Assembly: GCA_965242585.1 (NCBI GenBank)
Contig: OZ251460.1
Coordinates: forward strand, 1,090,614-1,154,613
Direction of reading: 5' to 3'
Source: Limisphaerales bacterium
GTDB taxonomy: Bacteria > Verrucomicrobiota > Verrucomicrobiia > Limisphaerales > AAA164-E04
DNA length: 64,000 bases
Shown here: positions 50,758-60,097 of the stretch, piece after piece
Layout of the letters: each line of letters begins with the position of its first letter
Numbering within the stretch: the stretch's first letter is position 1
The notes under the pieces: generated by a model
What the model was told of the DNA's origin: nothing
The model's input: only the letters and a program-made list of their open reading frames with translations
The model's database searches: none
Program-made: the position numbers and the translations under genes

Positions 50758-51777
50758 ATGAAAAAGTCAATCCTAATCCTGACCGCCGGCGTTGTTGTGA
50801 TTTCGCTTCTCTTACTGGTTAACGAGAAGTGGATCAAAGAACCCAGCGCGCCGAAGACTGCCGCCAAACAGCAAGAGACGGAACCCGTACAGCAAAGCTC
50901 GCCAACGGTGCAAAAGAAGAAGACGGAGGCCAAGCCGACAAGCAAGCCCCCCGTCTATGATTTGTCAAACAAAACGCACTGGTACGACCCCGAAACAACC
51001 ATCGGCCTTTACGGATCAAGGATACTTGCCAAAGAGATTGAACCTTTCAAACCCACGTCGGAGGAATTCCAGATCATCGCGCAATACGAAACCGCGCGCA
51101 GAAAACTCAAGGAATCTCTTTCCGAAGACGAGTACTACTCTGTGGAAGGAAGAAAACGGCTCATCGATGGAATCCTAGAACTGAATAAGCAACTGCGGGA
51201 AGATCTGGGAGAAGAACGAACCCAATTCTATGCGGAAGTTCGGGACCCTTATACGGGCTATTACAACACTTGGGAAGTATTGAAGGTCAACGGCATTAGC
51301 GAAGAGCGCGTCGCCGAGTTCCGCGAACTAGCGGATGAGTTCAATCGGAAAATGCACGGCAGACCTCTTTACAGGGCGGAAAGGAGGATAGCTTATTACT
51401 CCCCGGCTGATTGGTATTTTTCTTATGACGAGCATAATCAAATAGCCAAAACCTTCCGGGAACGGATTGAAAAAGAGTTTGGAAGACAAGTTCTCGACGA
51501 CATTCTTTCACTCTCACCAGATACGTTTTTTATGGATGATTTGGGTGGCATGACCATGATGATGACTATCGATTTATTGCATGATCCAAGCCAACAAGAG
51601 CGATTGAAGGAGTTGTACGACTACCACGTTGACTTTAGCGAACCTGCTGATGAAGTTGATAAAGAAATAGAAGAATCCAAGCGTTTGGGAAAACTAGAAA
51701 TAAAACTGATTGAGGCATGGGGAGAAAAATACGGCGGTTCAATTTCTAGGGAACCACCAATCGGCTGGATTCCCTGA
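50758..51777 (+). CDS. Membrane-anchored helical hypothetical partner protein
   Basis: MKKSILILTAGVVVISLLLL anchor, Pro/Lys linker, helical body (FKPTSEEF, LREDLGEER). Confidence 0.75.
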   Translation: MKKSILILTAGVVVISLLLLVNEKWIKEPSAPKTAAKQQETEPVQQSSPTVQKKKTEAKPTSKPPVYDLSNKTHWYDPETTIGLYGSRILAKEIEPFKPTSEEFQIIAQYETARRKLKESLSEDEYYSVEGRKRLIDGILELNKQLREDLGEERTQFYAEVRDPYTGYYNTWEVLKVNGISEERVAEFRELADEFNRKMHGRPLYRAERRIAYYSPADWYFSYDEHNQIAKTFRERIEKEFGRQVLDDILSLSPDTFFMDDLGGMTMMMTIDLLHDPSQQERLKELYDYHVDFSEPADEVDKEIEESKRLGKLEIKLIEAWGEKYGGSISREPPIGWIP

Positions 51778-51806
51778 AAAGTTTGTTTTTGCCGTTTACC
51801 TATTCC

Positions 51807-51838
51807 AAACCGTCGGGTTTTTGCCCGGCGGTTTTTTT
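51807..51838 (+). terminator. Intrinsic terminator
   Basis: ccgtcggg-tttttg-cccggcgg followed by T7. Confidence 0.8.
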
Positions 51839-52024
51839 CTTTGCCTTCATCCCGCCGGCGACGCCGCTAAAAACTTTTGTAGCATTTGCAAAGAGAAGGT
51901 TTTAAAATTGTTCAATATCCGGTCTCAACGAAGTCCTAACAACACTTCTATTTTCAATCTTTTTCGTTGAGAGGCGTTTGATTTCTTTGTTGCGTTTGGC
52001 GTGCGCGCTGATTAAGTTGGGTGG

Positions 52025-52483
52025 ATGCGGTTGCTTGTTTTTATTTTCGCTGTTTGCTTTGGATTAGGCTCGTTGGCGGAGTCGTCTCACGCCCAAGCGA
52101 TCAAAGTTTTCCGATTCCTGGTGGATGCCGAAGGCCGTCATGCGCGCTCTCCCAGCTTGCTGGATCGCGATGCGTATCAAGCGCATTTGCGGGAACATCC
52201 GGCGAAAGTCAGCGGGTTGCGTTTTGTAATTCAGTGGAAGAGACGAAGCGGGGCGTTGGCGCAGCCGGCAATTCGCATCGAAGTGCGACACGGAAACGGC
52301 AATACGATTGGAGAGTTTTCAAAAAACGCACCCGTCAAAGTTCGGAAGGCGCGCCGTTCGCAATGGCATCGAATCACAATCTCCGGCGAGGAATATGCCC
52401 GGTTGGGAAAAGTGATTGCTTGGCGCGTTAGTCTTTGGGACGGCGAAACGATGCTCGTCCAAGAGGAGAGTTTTCTTTGGTGA
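52025..52483 (+). CDS. Conserved hypothetical secreted protein
   Basis: Signal peptide; GRHA.SPSL.DRDAYQ..LR, GLRF..QWK and AWRVSLWDG.....ESFLW. Confidence 0.75.
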   Translation: MRLLVFIFAVCFGLGSLAESSHAQAIKVFRFLVDAEGRHARSPSLLDRDAYQAHLREHPAKVSGLRFVIQWKRRSGALAQPAIRIEVRHGNGNTIGEFSKNAPVKVRKARRSQWHRITISGEEYARLGKVIAWRVSLWDGETMLVQEESFLW

Positions 52484-52579
52484 CTCCCTTGTCCTGCTGG
52501 CTCAACTTACTCGGATTCCTGCCGAAGCGGCCAAAAAATCCGCTTTGAAGAATCGCCTTTTTCCCTTAGTTTGGCGGGG

Positions 52580-53389
52580 ATGCGAATCGCCTTCACCAAA
52601 ATGAACGGAGCGGGAAACGACTTTGTTCTGATTGACAATCGCGGCGGCTCTATTCAGCTTCGCGGCGATCAAGTGCGGCTTTTGTGCGATCGACAGCGCG
52701 GCGTGGGCGCGGACGGGCTTTTGTTGCTCGAACCAAACTCGAACGGCGTTGCCGACTGGCGTTGGCAGTTTTTTAACCGCGACGGAGGCACTGCCGAAAT
52801 GTGCGGCAATGGCGCCCGCTGTTTTGCGGCTTTTGTGCGGAATCTCACTCGGCCGCCGGCCGGAATTTCTTTTGAGACACTGGCTGGGATTGTCCGGGCG
52901 ACTTTTGCCAACGGTCTAGTGACGATCACTCTCCCCGTTCCCAGAGGGCTGCGGCTTCATCAACCGTTGCAGGTCAACGGCGCGGAGTTCATGGCGCACT
53001 CGCTTCATACCGGCGTCCCTCACGCGGTGGTTTTTGTGGACGACACAGACAAGGCTATGGCGGAAGAATGCGGGCGAGCGATTCGCGCGCATCCACACTT
53101 TGCGCCCGCCGGAACTAATGTCAACTTTGTCGAAATCCTTCGGCCGGACTGTCTTCGCATTCGCACTTACGAACGGGGCGTCGAAGGCGAAACTTTGGCT
53201 TGCGGCACTGGCGCCGCAGCCGCAGCCATGATTGCCTCCCACATTCGACGCGTCCCGCCCCCCATTTCTGTCAAAGTGCGGGGAGGCGACGTTCTCACGG
53301 TGGATTTCAAAACCACCGAGTCAGGATTCAAAGCCGTCCAACTAACCGGGCCGGCCGAAACCGTCTTCACCGGAGAAATCGAAATTTAG
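52580..53389 (+). CDS. dapF: Diaminopimelate epimerase
   Basis: KMNGAGNDF, EMCGNGARC, GVPH and RTYERGVEGETLACGTG motifs. Confidence 0.96.
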   Translation: MRIAFTKMNGAGNDFVLIDNRGGSIQLRGDQVRLLCDRQRGVGADGLLLLEPNSNGVADWRWQFFNRDGGTAEMCGNGARCFAAFVRNLTRPPAGISFETLAGIVRATFANGLVTITLPVPRGLRLHQPLQVNGAEFMAHSLHTGVPHAVVFVDDTDKAMAEECGRAIRAHPHFAPAGTNVNFVEILRPDCLRIRTYERGVEGETLACGTGAAAAAMIASHIRRVPPPISVKVRGGDVLTVDFKTTESGFKAVQLTGPAETVFTGEIEI

Positions 53390-53439
53390 GCGGAAAGACA
53401 ACGGAAAACCCACAAAACACGAGCCTCCCACTGCTAAAA

Positions 53440-54351
53440 ATGTTTGAAGGAATCTACACCGCCCTCGTCACCCCCTTTTCAAAAGGAAAACTTGATCTGC
53501 GGCGATTGGAAAGCCTAGTTCAATCCCAAATTGCGGGCGGCGTTGACGGCGTTGTGCCAGCCGGAACCACCGGGGAATCGCCGACCCTTTCGCCCCAAGA
53601 ACACTTGGTCGTTATCAAAGCCGCAGTAGACTTTGCTGGCAAAAATCTTCTGGTGCTTGCCGGCACCGGCGCCAACAGCACCAACGAAGCCGTTCACTTT
53701 ACCCAAGAAGCCGAAAAACTCGGCGTCCACGGTTCGCTTCAAGTAACGCCCTACTACAACAAACCCTCCCAAGAAGGCTTGTTCCAACACTTCCACGCCG
53801 TCGCCCAAGCCACCAAACTGCCCATCATCCTTTATAGCATTCCCGGACGATGCGGCGTCCCTATCGACGTCCATACAGTGGCTCGCCTGCGTAAAGCCTG
53901 CCCCAACATCGTCGGCATCAAGGAAGCCGGAGGCGACGCAGACCGGGTTTCCCGTCTGCGCCAAGCGCTCGGCCAACAATTTGTCATTCTCAGCGGCGAC
54001 GACGCCTTGACTTTGCCTTTCCTCTCGGTGGGAGCTAATGGCGCCGTCAGCGTCGCCTCCAACTTGTTGCCCAGCCAAGTCAGACTCCTAGTGCGCAGCT
54101 ATCTCGAAGGAAATCCCCAAGAAAGCCTGGCCGTTCACCAGCGACTCTACCCCCTCTTCAAAGACTTGTTTCTAGAAACCAACCCCGTTCCCGTCAAAAC
54201 TGCGCTGGCGCTCTGCGGACGCATCGAACCGGAACTCCGACTGCCTTTGACACCGATGACGCCCGCCAACCAAACGCAACTGAAACAAACCCTCGAAACC
54301 CTGAACATCAACACGATGCCGACCTATTTGCCGGGGACCTCCAAAAAATGA
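53440..54351 (+). CDS. dapA: 4-hydroxy-tetrahydrodipicolinate synthase
   Basis: ALVTPF, GTTGES, PYYNKP, GIKEA and ETNPVPVK motifs; start MFEG at 53440. Confidence 0.96.
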   Translation: MFEGIYTALVTPFSKGKLDLRRLESLVQSQIAGGVDGVVPAGTTGESPTLSPQEHLVVIKAAVDFAGKNLLVLAGTGANSTNEAVHFTQEAEKLGVHGSLQVTPYYNKPSQEGLFQHFHAVAQATKLPIILYSIPGRCGVPIDVHTVARLRKACPNIVGIKEAGGDADRVSRLRQALGQQFVILSGDDALTLPFLSVGANGAVSVASNLLPSQVRLLVRSYLEGNPQESLAVHQRLYPLFKDLFLETNPVPVKTALALCGRIEPELRLPLTPMTPANQTQLKQTLETLNINTMPTYLPGTSKK

Positions 54352-54472
54352 AGGAATGAATACCTCACACTATACCCGTTTTCCCCAGTCTTACAAACTT
54401 GTCGCCAACCGCCGCAATATGGACTTAGGGCTGGTGTCTGGCATTGACGGCAAGACAAACCGCAAAAGAACA

Positions 54473-56971
54473 ATGCAACTAAAAAACTGGATGCCTCTCC
54501 TCACTCTTGCTTTGCCATGCTTAGCGTGGATTCAAAGCGCGCAAGCCCAAACCTCAATCATCACCGGAGTAAAAACCAACGGTGTTTTCTTTATACAGGA
54601 AGTTTTGCCGAACACGTCCGCCTTAGATCTTCGAGGCCGCTATCTAACCGAATTATTCCTTCCCAACAGCTTGACGAATTTGGAGCTGTTGTACCTTGAC
54701 AACAATCAGCTAAGCTCGCTTACTTTGCCAGACAACTTGACGAGCCTAAAATGGTTGTCTCTTTCTAGCAACCAACTTTCCTCCCTCATCCTGCCGAACA
54801 ATGCCACCAACCTGCACAGCTTGAATCTATTCTGGAACCGATTAACTTCTTTCGCCCTGCCTAACAACGCTACCAACCTGCATAGATTGGATCTATCTCG
54901 GAACCGATTAACTTCTTTCACTCTGCCTAACAATGCCACCAACCTGCACAGCTTAGATCTATCCGTGAACCAATTAACTTCTTTTGCCCTGCCTAACAAT
55001 GCCACCAACCTGCACAGCTTAGATCTATCCGTGAACCAATTAACTTCTTTTGCCCTGCCTAACAATGCCACCAACCTGCACAGCTTAGATCTATCCGTGA
55101 ACCAATTAACTTCTTTTGCCCTGCCTAACAATGCCGCCAACCTGCGCAGCTTGAATATTTCTACCAACCGCCTGACTTCCTTTGCCCTGCCTAACAATGC
55201 CACCAACCTGCAAAGATTGGATATTTCTCACAACCAATTGACTTCTCTTACCTTGCCCGATAGCCTGAAAAATCTGAAATTCTTGAATCTCATTCTCAAC
55301 CAACTGAGCGCTTTTAGAATTTCCCAAGATTTGCCCCTTTTGGAATATCTAGACCTTTCTCGCAATCAGTTGGCTTCCTTCGCCTTGCCCGACAATGTCG
55401 TAAACCTACGAAGATTATATCTTGACCGCAATCAATTGACTTCTCTTACCTTGCCGGAGGATCTGGAAAGTCTGGAATACTTGGATCTTTCCCACAATCC
55501 ATTAACTCTCTTTGCGTTGCCGGACGGACTGAAAAGCCTGCAAACTTTGTATCTTTCCCGCACCCAATTGGATTCCTTCATTCTTCCTAAGGGACTGGAA
55601 AACTTGCGAAGATTATATCTTGACCGCAATCAATTGACTTCTCTTACCTTGCCGGAGGATCTGGAAAGTCTGGAATACTTGGATCTTTCCGACAACCAGC
55701 TGGATTCCTTCACAATACCCAACGAACTAGCAAGATGGATTCTGCTGTTGGATCTTGCTGATAACCACCTGACTTCTTGTTCCTTGCCCGACGACATGAC
55801 CAACTTGCGAAGATTATATCTTGACCGCAATCAATTGACTTCTCTTACCTTGCCGGAGGATCTGGAAAGTCTGGAACTGTTATCTTTGGAAGACAATCAA
55901 CTCAGCGCGCTCACAATTCCTCAAAACTTGATCTGTTTGGAAACCCTGACTCTCGGACGCAACCAGCTGACTTCTTTTACCATCCCTAACAATACCACCA
56001 ACCTGCACAGCTTGAATATTTCTAGCAACCACCTGACTTCTTCTAAATTGCCTGACGGCTTGACGGACTTAGAAACTTTGGATCTTTCCTACAACCAATT
56101 GGATTCCTTCGCCTTGCCGGAGGATCTGGAAAGTCTGCAACTGTTATCTTTGGGAGACAATCAACTCAGCGCCTTCACTCTGCCAAAGGAAGCGGCCAAC
56201 CACCTGCAAGTCTTGGATATTATTCGCAATCAATTGACTTCTCTTACCTTGCCCGACAACGTAGCGAACTTGCAGAGGTTATACCTTTCCGGCAACCAAT
56301 TAACTTCTTTTCAACTGCCTGACGGCTTGACGGACTTAGAAACCTTATATCTTTCCTACAACCGCCTGACTTCTTTTGCCCTGCCCCCCAACATGGCCAA
56401 CTTGCGTTCCTTGTTTCTCGCCGGCAACCAACTCAGCGCCTTCACTCTGCCAAAGGAAGCGGCCAACAACCTGCAAATCTTGGATCTTTCTCGCAATCAA
56501 TTGACTTCTCTTACCTTGCCCGATAGCCTGAAAAATCTGAAATTCTTGAATCTCTTTCTCAACCGACTGAGCGCTTTTAGAATTTCCCAAGATTTGCCCC
56601 ATTTGGAAAATCTAAACCTTTCTCGCAATCAGTTGACTTCCTTGACTTTGCCGGAAGGCTTGACCAGCTTGGAAGAGTTGAATCTTTCTGGCAATCCGCT
56701 AAGGCGCTTGCTCATCCCTCGCGGGATGAACGTTGAAAACTTGGAAGTGTATGGTTTTCCGAAATCAGAAATCACGCGTTACTTTGCCGAAGGGCAAATA
56801 TCTATTCGGCCGGCAGAGAACGGCCAAATAATTGTTGAATTCAGCGGAGGGATTTTGCAGACGGCCGAAAGTCTTTTAGGAAAATGGAAAGACCGTCCTG
56901 AGTGGAAAAGCCCCTTTCACTTCTCTCCATCCGCGCCGCAAAAGTTCTTCCGCGTCCGCCCGGCTTTTTAA
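54473..56971 (+). CDS. Secreted leucine-rich repeat protein (paralog 1)
   Basis: Signal MQLKNW..QSAQAQ, 22-aa LxxLxLxxNQLTS.xLP repeats, C-terminal ..FFRVRPAF domain. Confidence 0.9.
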   Translation: MQLKNWMPLLTLALPCLAWIQSAQAQTSIITGVKTNGVFFIQEVLPNTSALDLRGRYLTELFLPNSLTNLELLYLDNNQLSSLTLPDNLTSLKWLSLSSNQLSSLILPNNATNLHSLNLFWNRLTSFALPNNATNLHRLDLSRNRLTSFTLPNNATNLHSLDLSVNQLTSFALPNNATNLHSLDLSVNQLTSFALPNNATNLHSLDLSVNQLTSFALPNNAANLRSLNISTNRLTSFALPNNATNLQRLDISHNQLTSLTLPDSLKNLKFLNLILNQLSAFRISQDLPLLEYLDLSRNQLASFALPDNVVNLRRLYLDRNQLTSLTLPEDLESLEYLDLSHNPLTLFALPDGLKSLQTLYLSRTQLDSFILPKGLENLRRLYLDRNQLTSLTLPEDLESLEYLDLSDNQLDSFTIPNELARWILLLDLADNHLTSCSLPDDMTNLRRLYLDRNQLTSLTLPEDLESLELLSLEDNQLSALTIPQNLICLETLTLGRNQLTSFTIPNNTTNLHSLNISSNHLTSSKLPDGLTDLETLDLSYNQLDSFALPEDLESLQLLSLGDNQLSAFTLPKEAANHLQVLDIIRNQLTSLTLPDNVANLQRLYLSGNQLTSFQLPDGLTDLETLYLSYNRLTSFALPPNMANLRSLFLAGNQLSAFTLPKEAANNLQILDLSRNQLTSLTLPDSLKNLKFLNLFLNRLSAFRISQDLPHLENLNLSRNQLTSLTLPEGLTSLEELNLSGNPLRRLLIPRGMNVENLEVYGFPKSEITRYFAEGQISIRPAENGQIIVEFSGGILQTAESLLGKWKDRPEWKSPFHFSPSAPQKFFRVRPAF
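54790..55215. repeat. 66-bp tandem repeats (one LRR each)
   Basis: ctgcctaacaatgccaccaacctgcacagcttagatctatccgtgaaccaattaacttcttttgcc occurs three times identically, plus variants. Confidence 0.9.
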
Positions 56972-59900
56972 CTTTGCTCTCGTTTTCAAATCTCACCTAC
57001 TCACGCAAACTTGGCAGTTTCCTGAAGAAAAGAATGCAACTAAAAAACTGGATGCCTCTCCTCACTCTTGCTTTGCCCTGCTTAGCGTGGATTCAAAGCG
57101 CGCAAGCCCAAACCTTAACCATCACCGGAACAAAAACCAACGGCAGTTCTTTTGAACAAAAAGTTTTGCCAGACGAAACTAGATTAAATTTTTACAACCT
57201 CCAGCTAGCCGAATTGACCATTCCTCAAGGCTTGACGAATTTGACCCAATTATATCTCGACAACAATCATCTGACTTCGCTCACTTTGCCCAATGATCTG
57301 ACAAACCTAAAATGGTTGTCTCTTCCCCATAACCAACTGGCCTCCATCGCCTTGCCAAAAGGCCTGATGAGTTTAGAAGAGTTAGATCTTTCCGACAATC
57401 CGCTGACGGCCATAAGCTATCCCGACGACTGGAACTTGTTGCCCGTTGTCGGCGCAAGAACCGACGGGACTAGCTTCCACTGGGAAGTTTCTCCAAACAG
57501 GAAAACATTATATCTAGACCGCAACCAGTTGGCTTCCCTTACCTTGCCTGTAGGATTGACAAATTTGAATCTGTTGGATCTTTCCGAGAACCAACTAATC
57601 TCAATCTCCTTGCCCAATGACTTGACGAAATTAAATCTGCTATATCTTAATCACAACCGGCTGACTTCGGCTACCATTCCCGAAGGCTTGGCGAACTTGA
57701 CTCAGTTATATCTCGACAACAATCCGTTGACCTCGCTTACTTTGCCCAATGACATGGCAAGCCTAGAATGGTTGCATCTTCAAGACAATCAACTAACCTC
57801 CATCGCTTTGCCTGATAGCTTGGCAAGCCTGCGAAGGTTGGATATTGCCCGCAACCAACTGCTCTCCCTTACCCTGCCCGATGATATGGCCAGATTGGAA
57901 TTCGTGTCTCTTCCCGATAACCAACTCACTTCTCTTACCTTGCCCAATAGCTTGACAAGCCTAAGATGGTTGCATCTTCAAGACAACCATCTCAATTCCT
58001 TTGCCTTGCCCGATAGCTTGGCAACCCTAAGATGGCTGCATCTTTCCGACAACAAACTCACCGCTTTTACTCTCCCCGACAACATCACCAACTTGCTATC
58101 GTTGTCTCTCGCCAACAATCGACTGACTTCTTTCACTCTGCCCGACGACGCGGCCAACTTGCAATATTTAGATCTTTCCCGCAATCGACTGACTTCCTTC
58201 ACTCTGCCCGACGACGCGGCCAACTTGCAAAAGTTATATCTTTCCCACAATCAACTCCCTTCTTTTCGCTTGCCCGACGGCTTGGCGGACTTAGAAATCC
58301 TTTATCTTTCGGACAACCAATTGACGGCCTTTGCGTTACCGAAAGGATTGGAAAGCCTGCAACTTCTATCTCTGGGCGGCAATCAACTCAGCGCTTTTTC
58401 AATTCCTCATGAATTGCCCCAACTGGAAACCCTTACCCTTGGCCGCAATCAACTCGCCTCTTTTGCCCTGCCCGACAACATGACCAACCTGCGCTCCTTG
58501 TCTCTCGCCGGGAATCCACTGAAATCATTCACAATTCCGCAAGATTTGACAAGCCTGGAGCGCTTAGACCTCTCCGGCGTTCCGTTGACAGCCGTCGCTT
58601 ATCCCAATGACTGGGCTTTTCTCTCCCTGAGCGGAAAGGGCGAGTATGGGGGCTTTCACTTAGAAGTTTTCCCAGCTGTGGAAAGTTTGTCTCTTCGATC
58701 TAGGGGACTGACTTCCTTGACTTTGCCGGAAGGCTTGACCAGCTTGGAAGAGTTGAATCTTTCTGGCAATCCGCTAAGGCGCTTGCTCATCCCTCGCGGG
58801 ATGAACGTTGAAAACTTGGAAGTGTATGGTTTTCCGAAATCAGAAATCACGCGTTACTTTGCCGAAGGGCAAATATCTATTCGGCCGGCAGAGAACGGCC
58901 AAATAATTGTTGAATTCAGCGGAGGGATTTTGCAGACGGCCGAAAGTCTTTTAGGAAAATGGAAAGACCGTCCTGAGTGGAAAAGCCCCTTTCACTTCTC
59001 TCCATCCGCGCCGCAAAAGTTCTTCCGCGTCCGCCCGGCTTTTTAACTTTGCTCTCGTTTTCAAATCTCACCTACTCACGCAAACTTGGCAGTTTCCTGA
59101 AGAAAAGAATGCAACTAAAAAACTGGATGCCTCTCCTCACTCTTGCTTTGCCCTGCTTAGCGTGGATTCAAAGCGCGCAAGCCCAAACCTTAACCATCAC
59201 CGGAACAAAAACCAACGGCAGTTCTTTTGAACAAAAAGTTTTGCCAGACGAAACTAGATTAAATTTTTACAACCTCCAGCTAGCCGAATTGACCATTCCT
59301 CAAGGCTTGACGAATTTGACCCAATTATATCTCGACAACAATCATCTGACTTCGCTCACTTTGCCCAATGATCTGACAAACCTAAAATGGTTGTCTCTTC
59401 CCCATAACCAACTGGCCTCCATCGCCTTGCCAAAAGGCCTGATGAGTTTAGAAGAGTTAGATCTTTCCGACAATCCGCTGACGGCCATAAGCTATCCCGA
59501 CGACTGGAACTTGTTGCCCGTTGTCGGCGCAAGAACCGACGGGACTAGCTTCCACTGGGAAGTTTCTCCAAACAGGAAAACATTATATCTAGACCGCAAC
59601 CAGTTGGCTTCCCTTACCTTGCCTGTAGGATTGACAAATTTGAATCTGTTGGATCTTTCCGAGAACCAACTAATCTCAATCTCCTTGCCCAATGACTTGA
59701 CGAAATTAAATCTGCTATATCTTAATCACAACCGGCTGACTTCGGCTACCATTCCCGAAGGCTTGGCGAACTTGACTCAGTTATATCTCGACAACAATCC
59801 GTTGACCTCGCTTACTTTGCCCAATGACATGGCAAGCCTAGAATGGTTGCATCTTCAAGACAATCAACTAACCTCCATCGCTTTGCCTGATAGCTTGGCA

Positions 59901-60097
59901 AGCCTGCGAAGGTTGGATATTGCCCGCAACCAACTGCTCTCCCTTACCCTGCCCGATGATATGGCCAGATTGGAATTCGTGTCTCTTCCCGATAACCAAC
60001 TCACTTCTCTTACCTTGCCCAATAGCTTGACAAGCCTAAGATGGTTGCATCTTCAAGACAACCATCTCAATTCCTTTGCCTTGCCCGATAGCTTGGC
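56634..60097. repeat. About 1.39-kb direct duplication (56634-58022 = 58709-60097, period 2075 bp)
   Basis: Covers the 3' end of one LRR gene, the intergenic spacer and the 5' part of the next; appears identical by eye. Confidence 0.9.
57034..59046 (+). CDS. Secreted leucine-rich repeat protein (paralog 2)
   Basis: Same signal peptide and C-terminus as paralog 1; LRR core. Confidence 0.9.
   Translation: MQLKNWMPLLTLALPCLAWIQSAQAQTLTITGTKTNGSSFEQKVLPDETRLNFYNLQLAELTIPQGLTNLTQLYLDNNHLTSLTLPNDLTNLKWLSLPHNQLASIALPKGLMSLEELDLSDNPLTAISYPDDWNLLPVVGARTDGTSFHWEVSPNRKTLYLDRNQLASLTLPVGLTNLNLLDLSENQLISISLPNDLTKLNLLYLNHNRLTSATIPEGLANLTQLYLDNNPLTSLTLPNDMASLEWLHLQDNQLTSIALPDSLASLRRLDIARNQLLSLTLPDDMARLEFVSLPDNQLTSLTLPNSLTSLRWLHLQDNHLNSFALPDSLATLRWLHLSDNKLTAFTLPDNITNLLSLSLANNRLTSFTLPDDAANLQYLDLSRNRLTSFTLPDDAANLQKLYLSHNQLPSFRLPDGLADLEILYLSDNQLTAFALPKGLESLQLLSLGGNQLSAFSIPHELPQLETLTLGRNQLASFALPDNMTNLRSLSLAGNPLKSFTIPQDLTSLERLDLSGVPLTAVAYPNDWAFLSLSGKGEYGGFHLEVFPAVESLSLRSRGLTSLTLPEGLTSLEELNLSGNPLRRLLIPRGMNVENLEVYGFPKSEITRYFAEGQISIRPAENGQIIVEFSGGILQTAESLLGKWKDRPEWKSPFHFSPSAPQKFFRVRPAF

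Noticed and set aside
54790-55215. 66-bp repeats as a CRISPR array
   Set aside because: Contiguous in-frame LRR-coding units with no unique spacers, and no cas genes.
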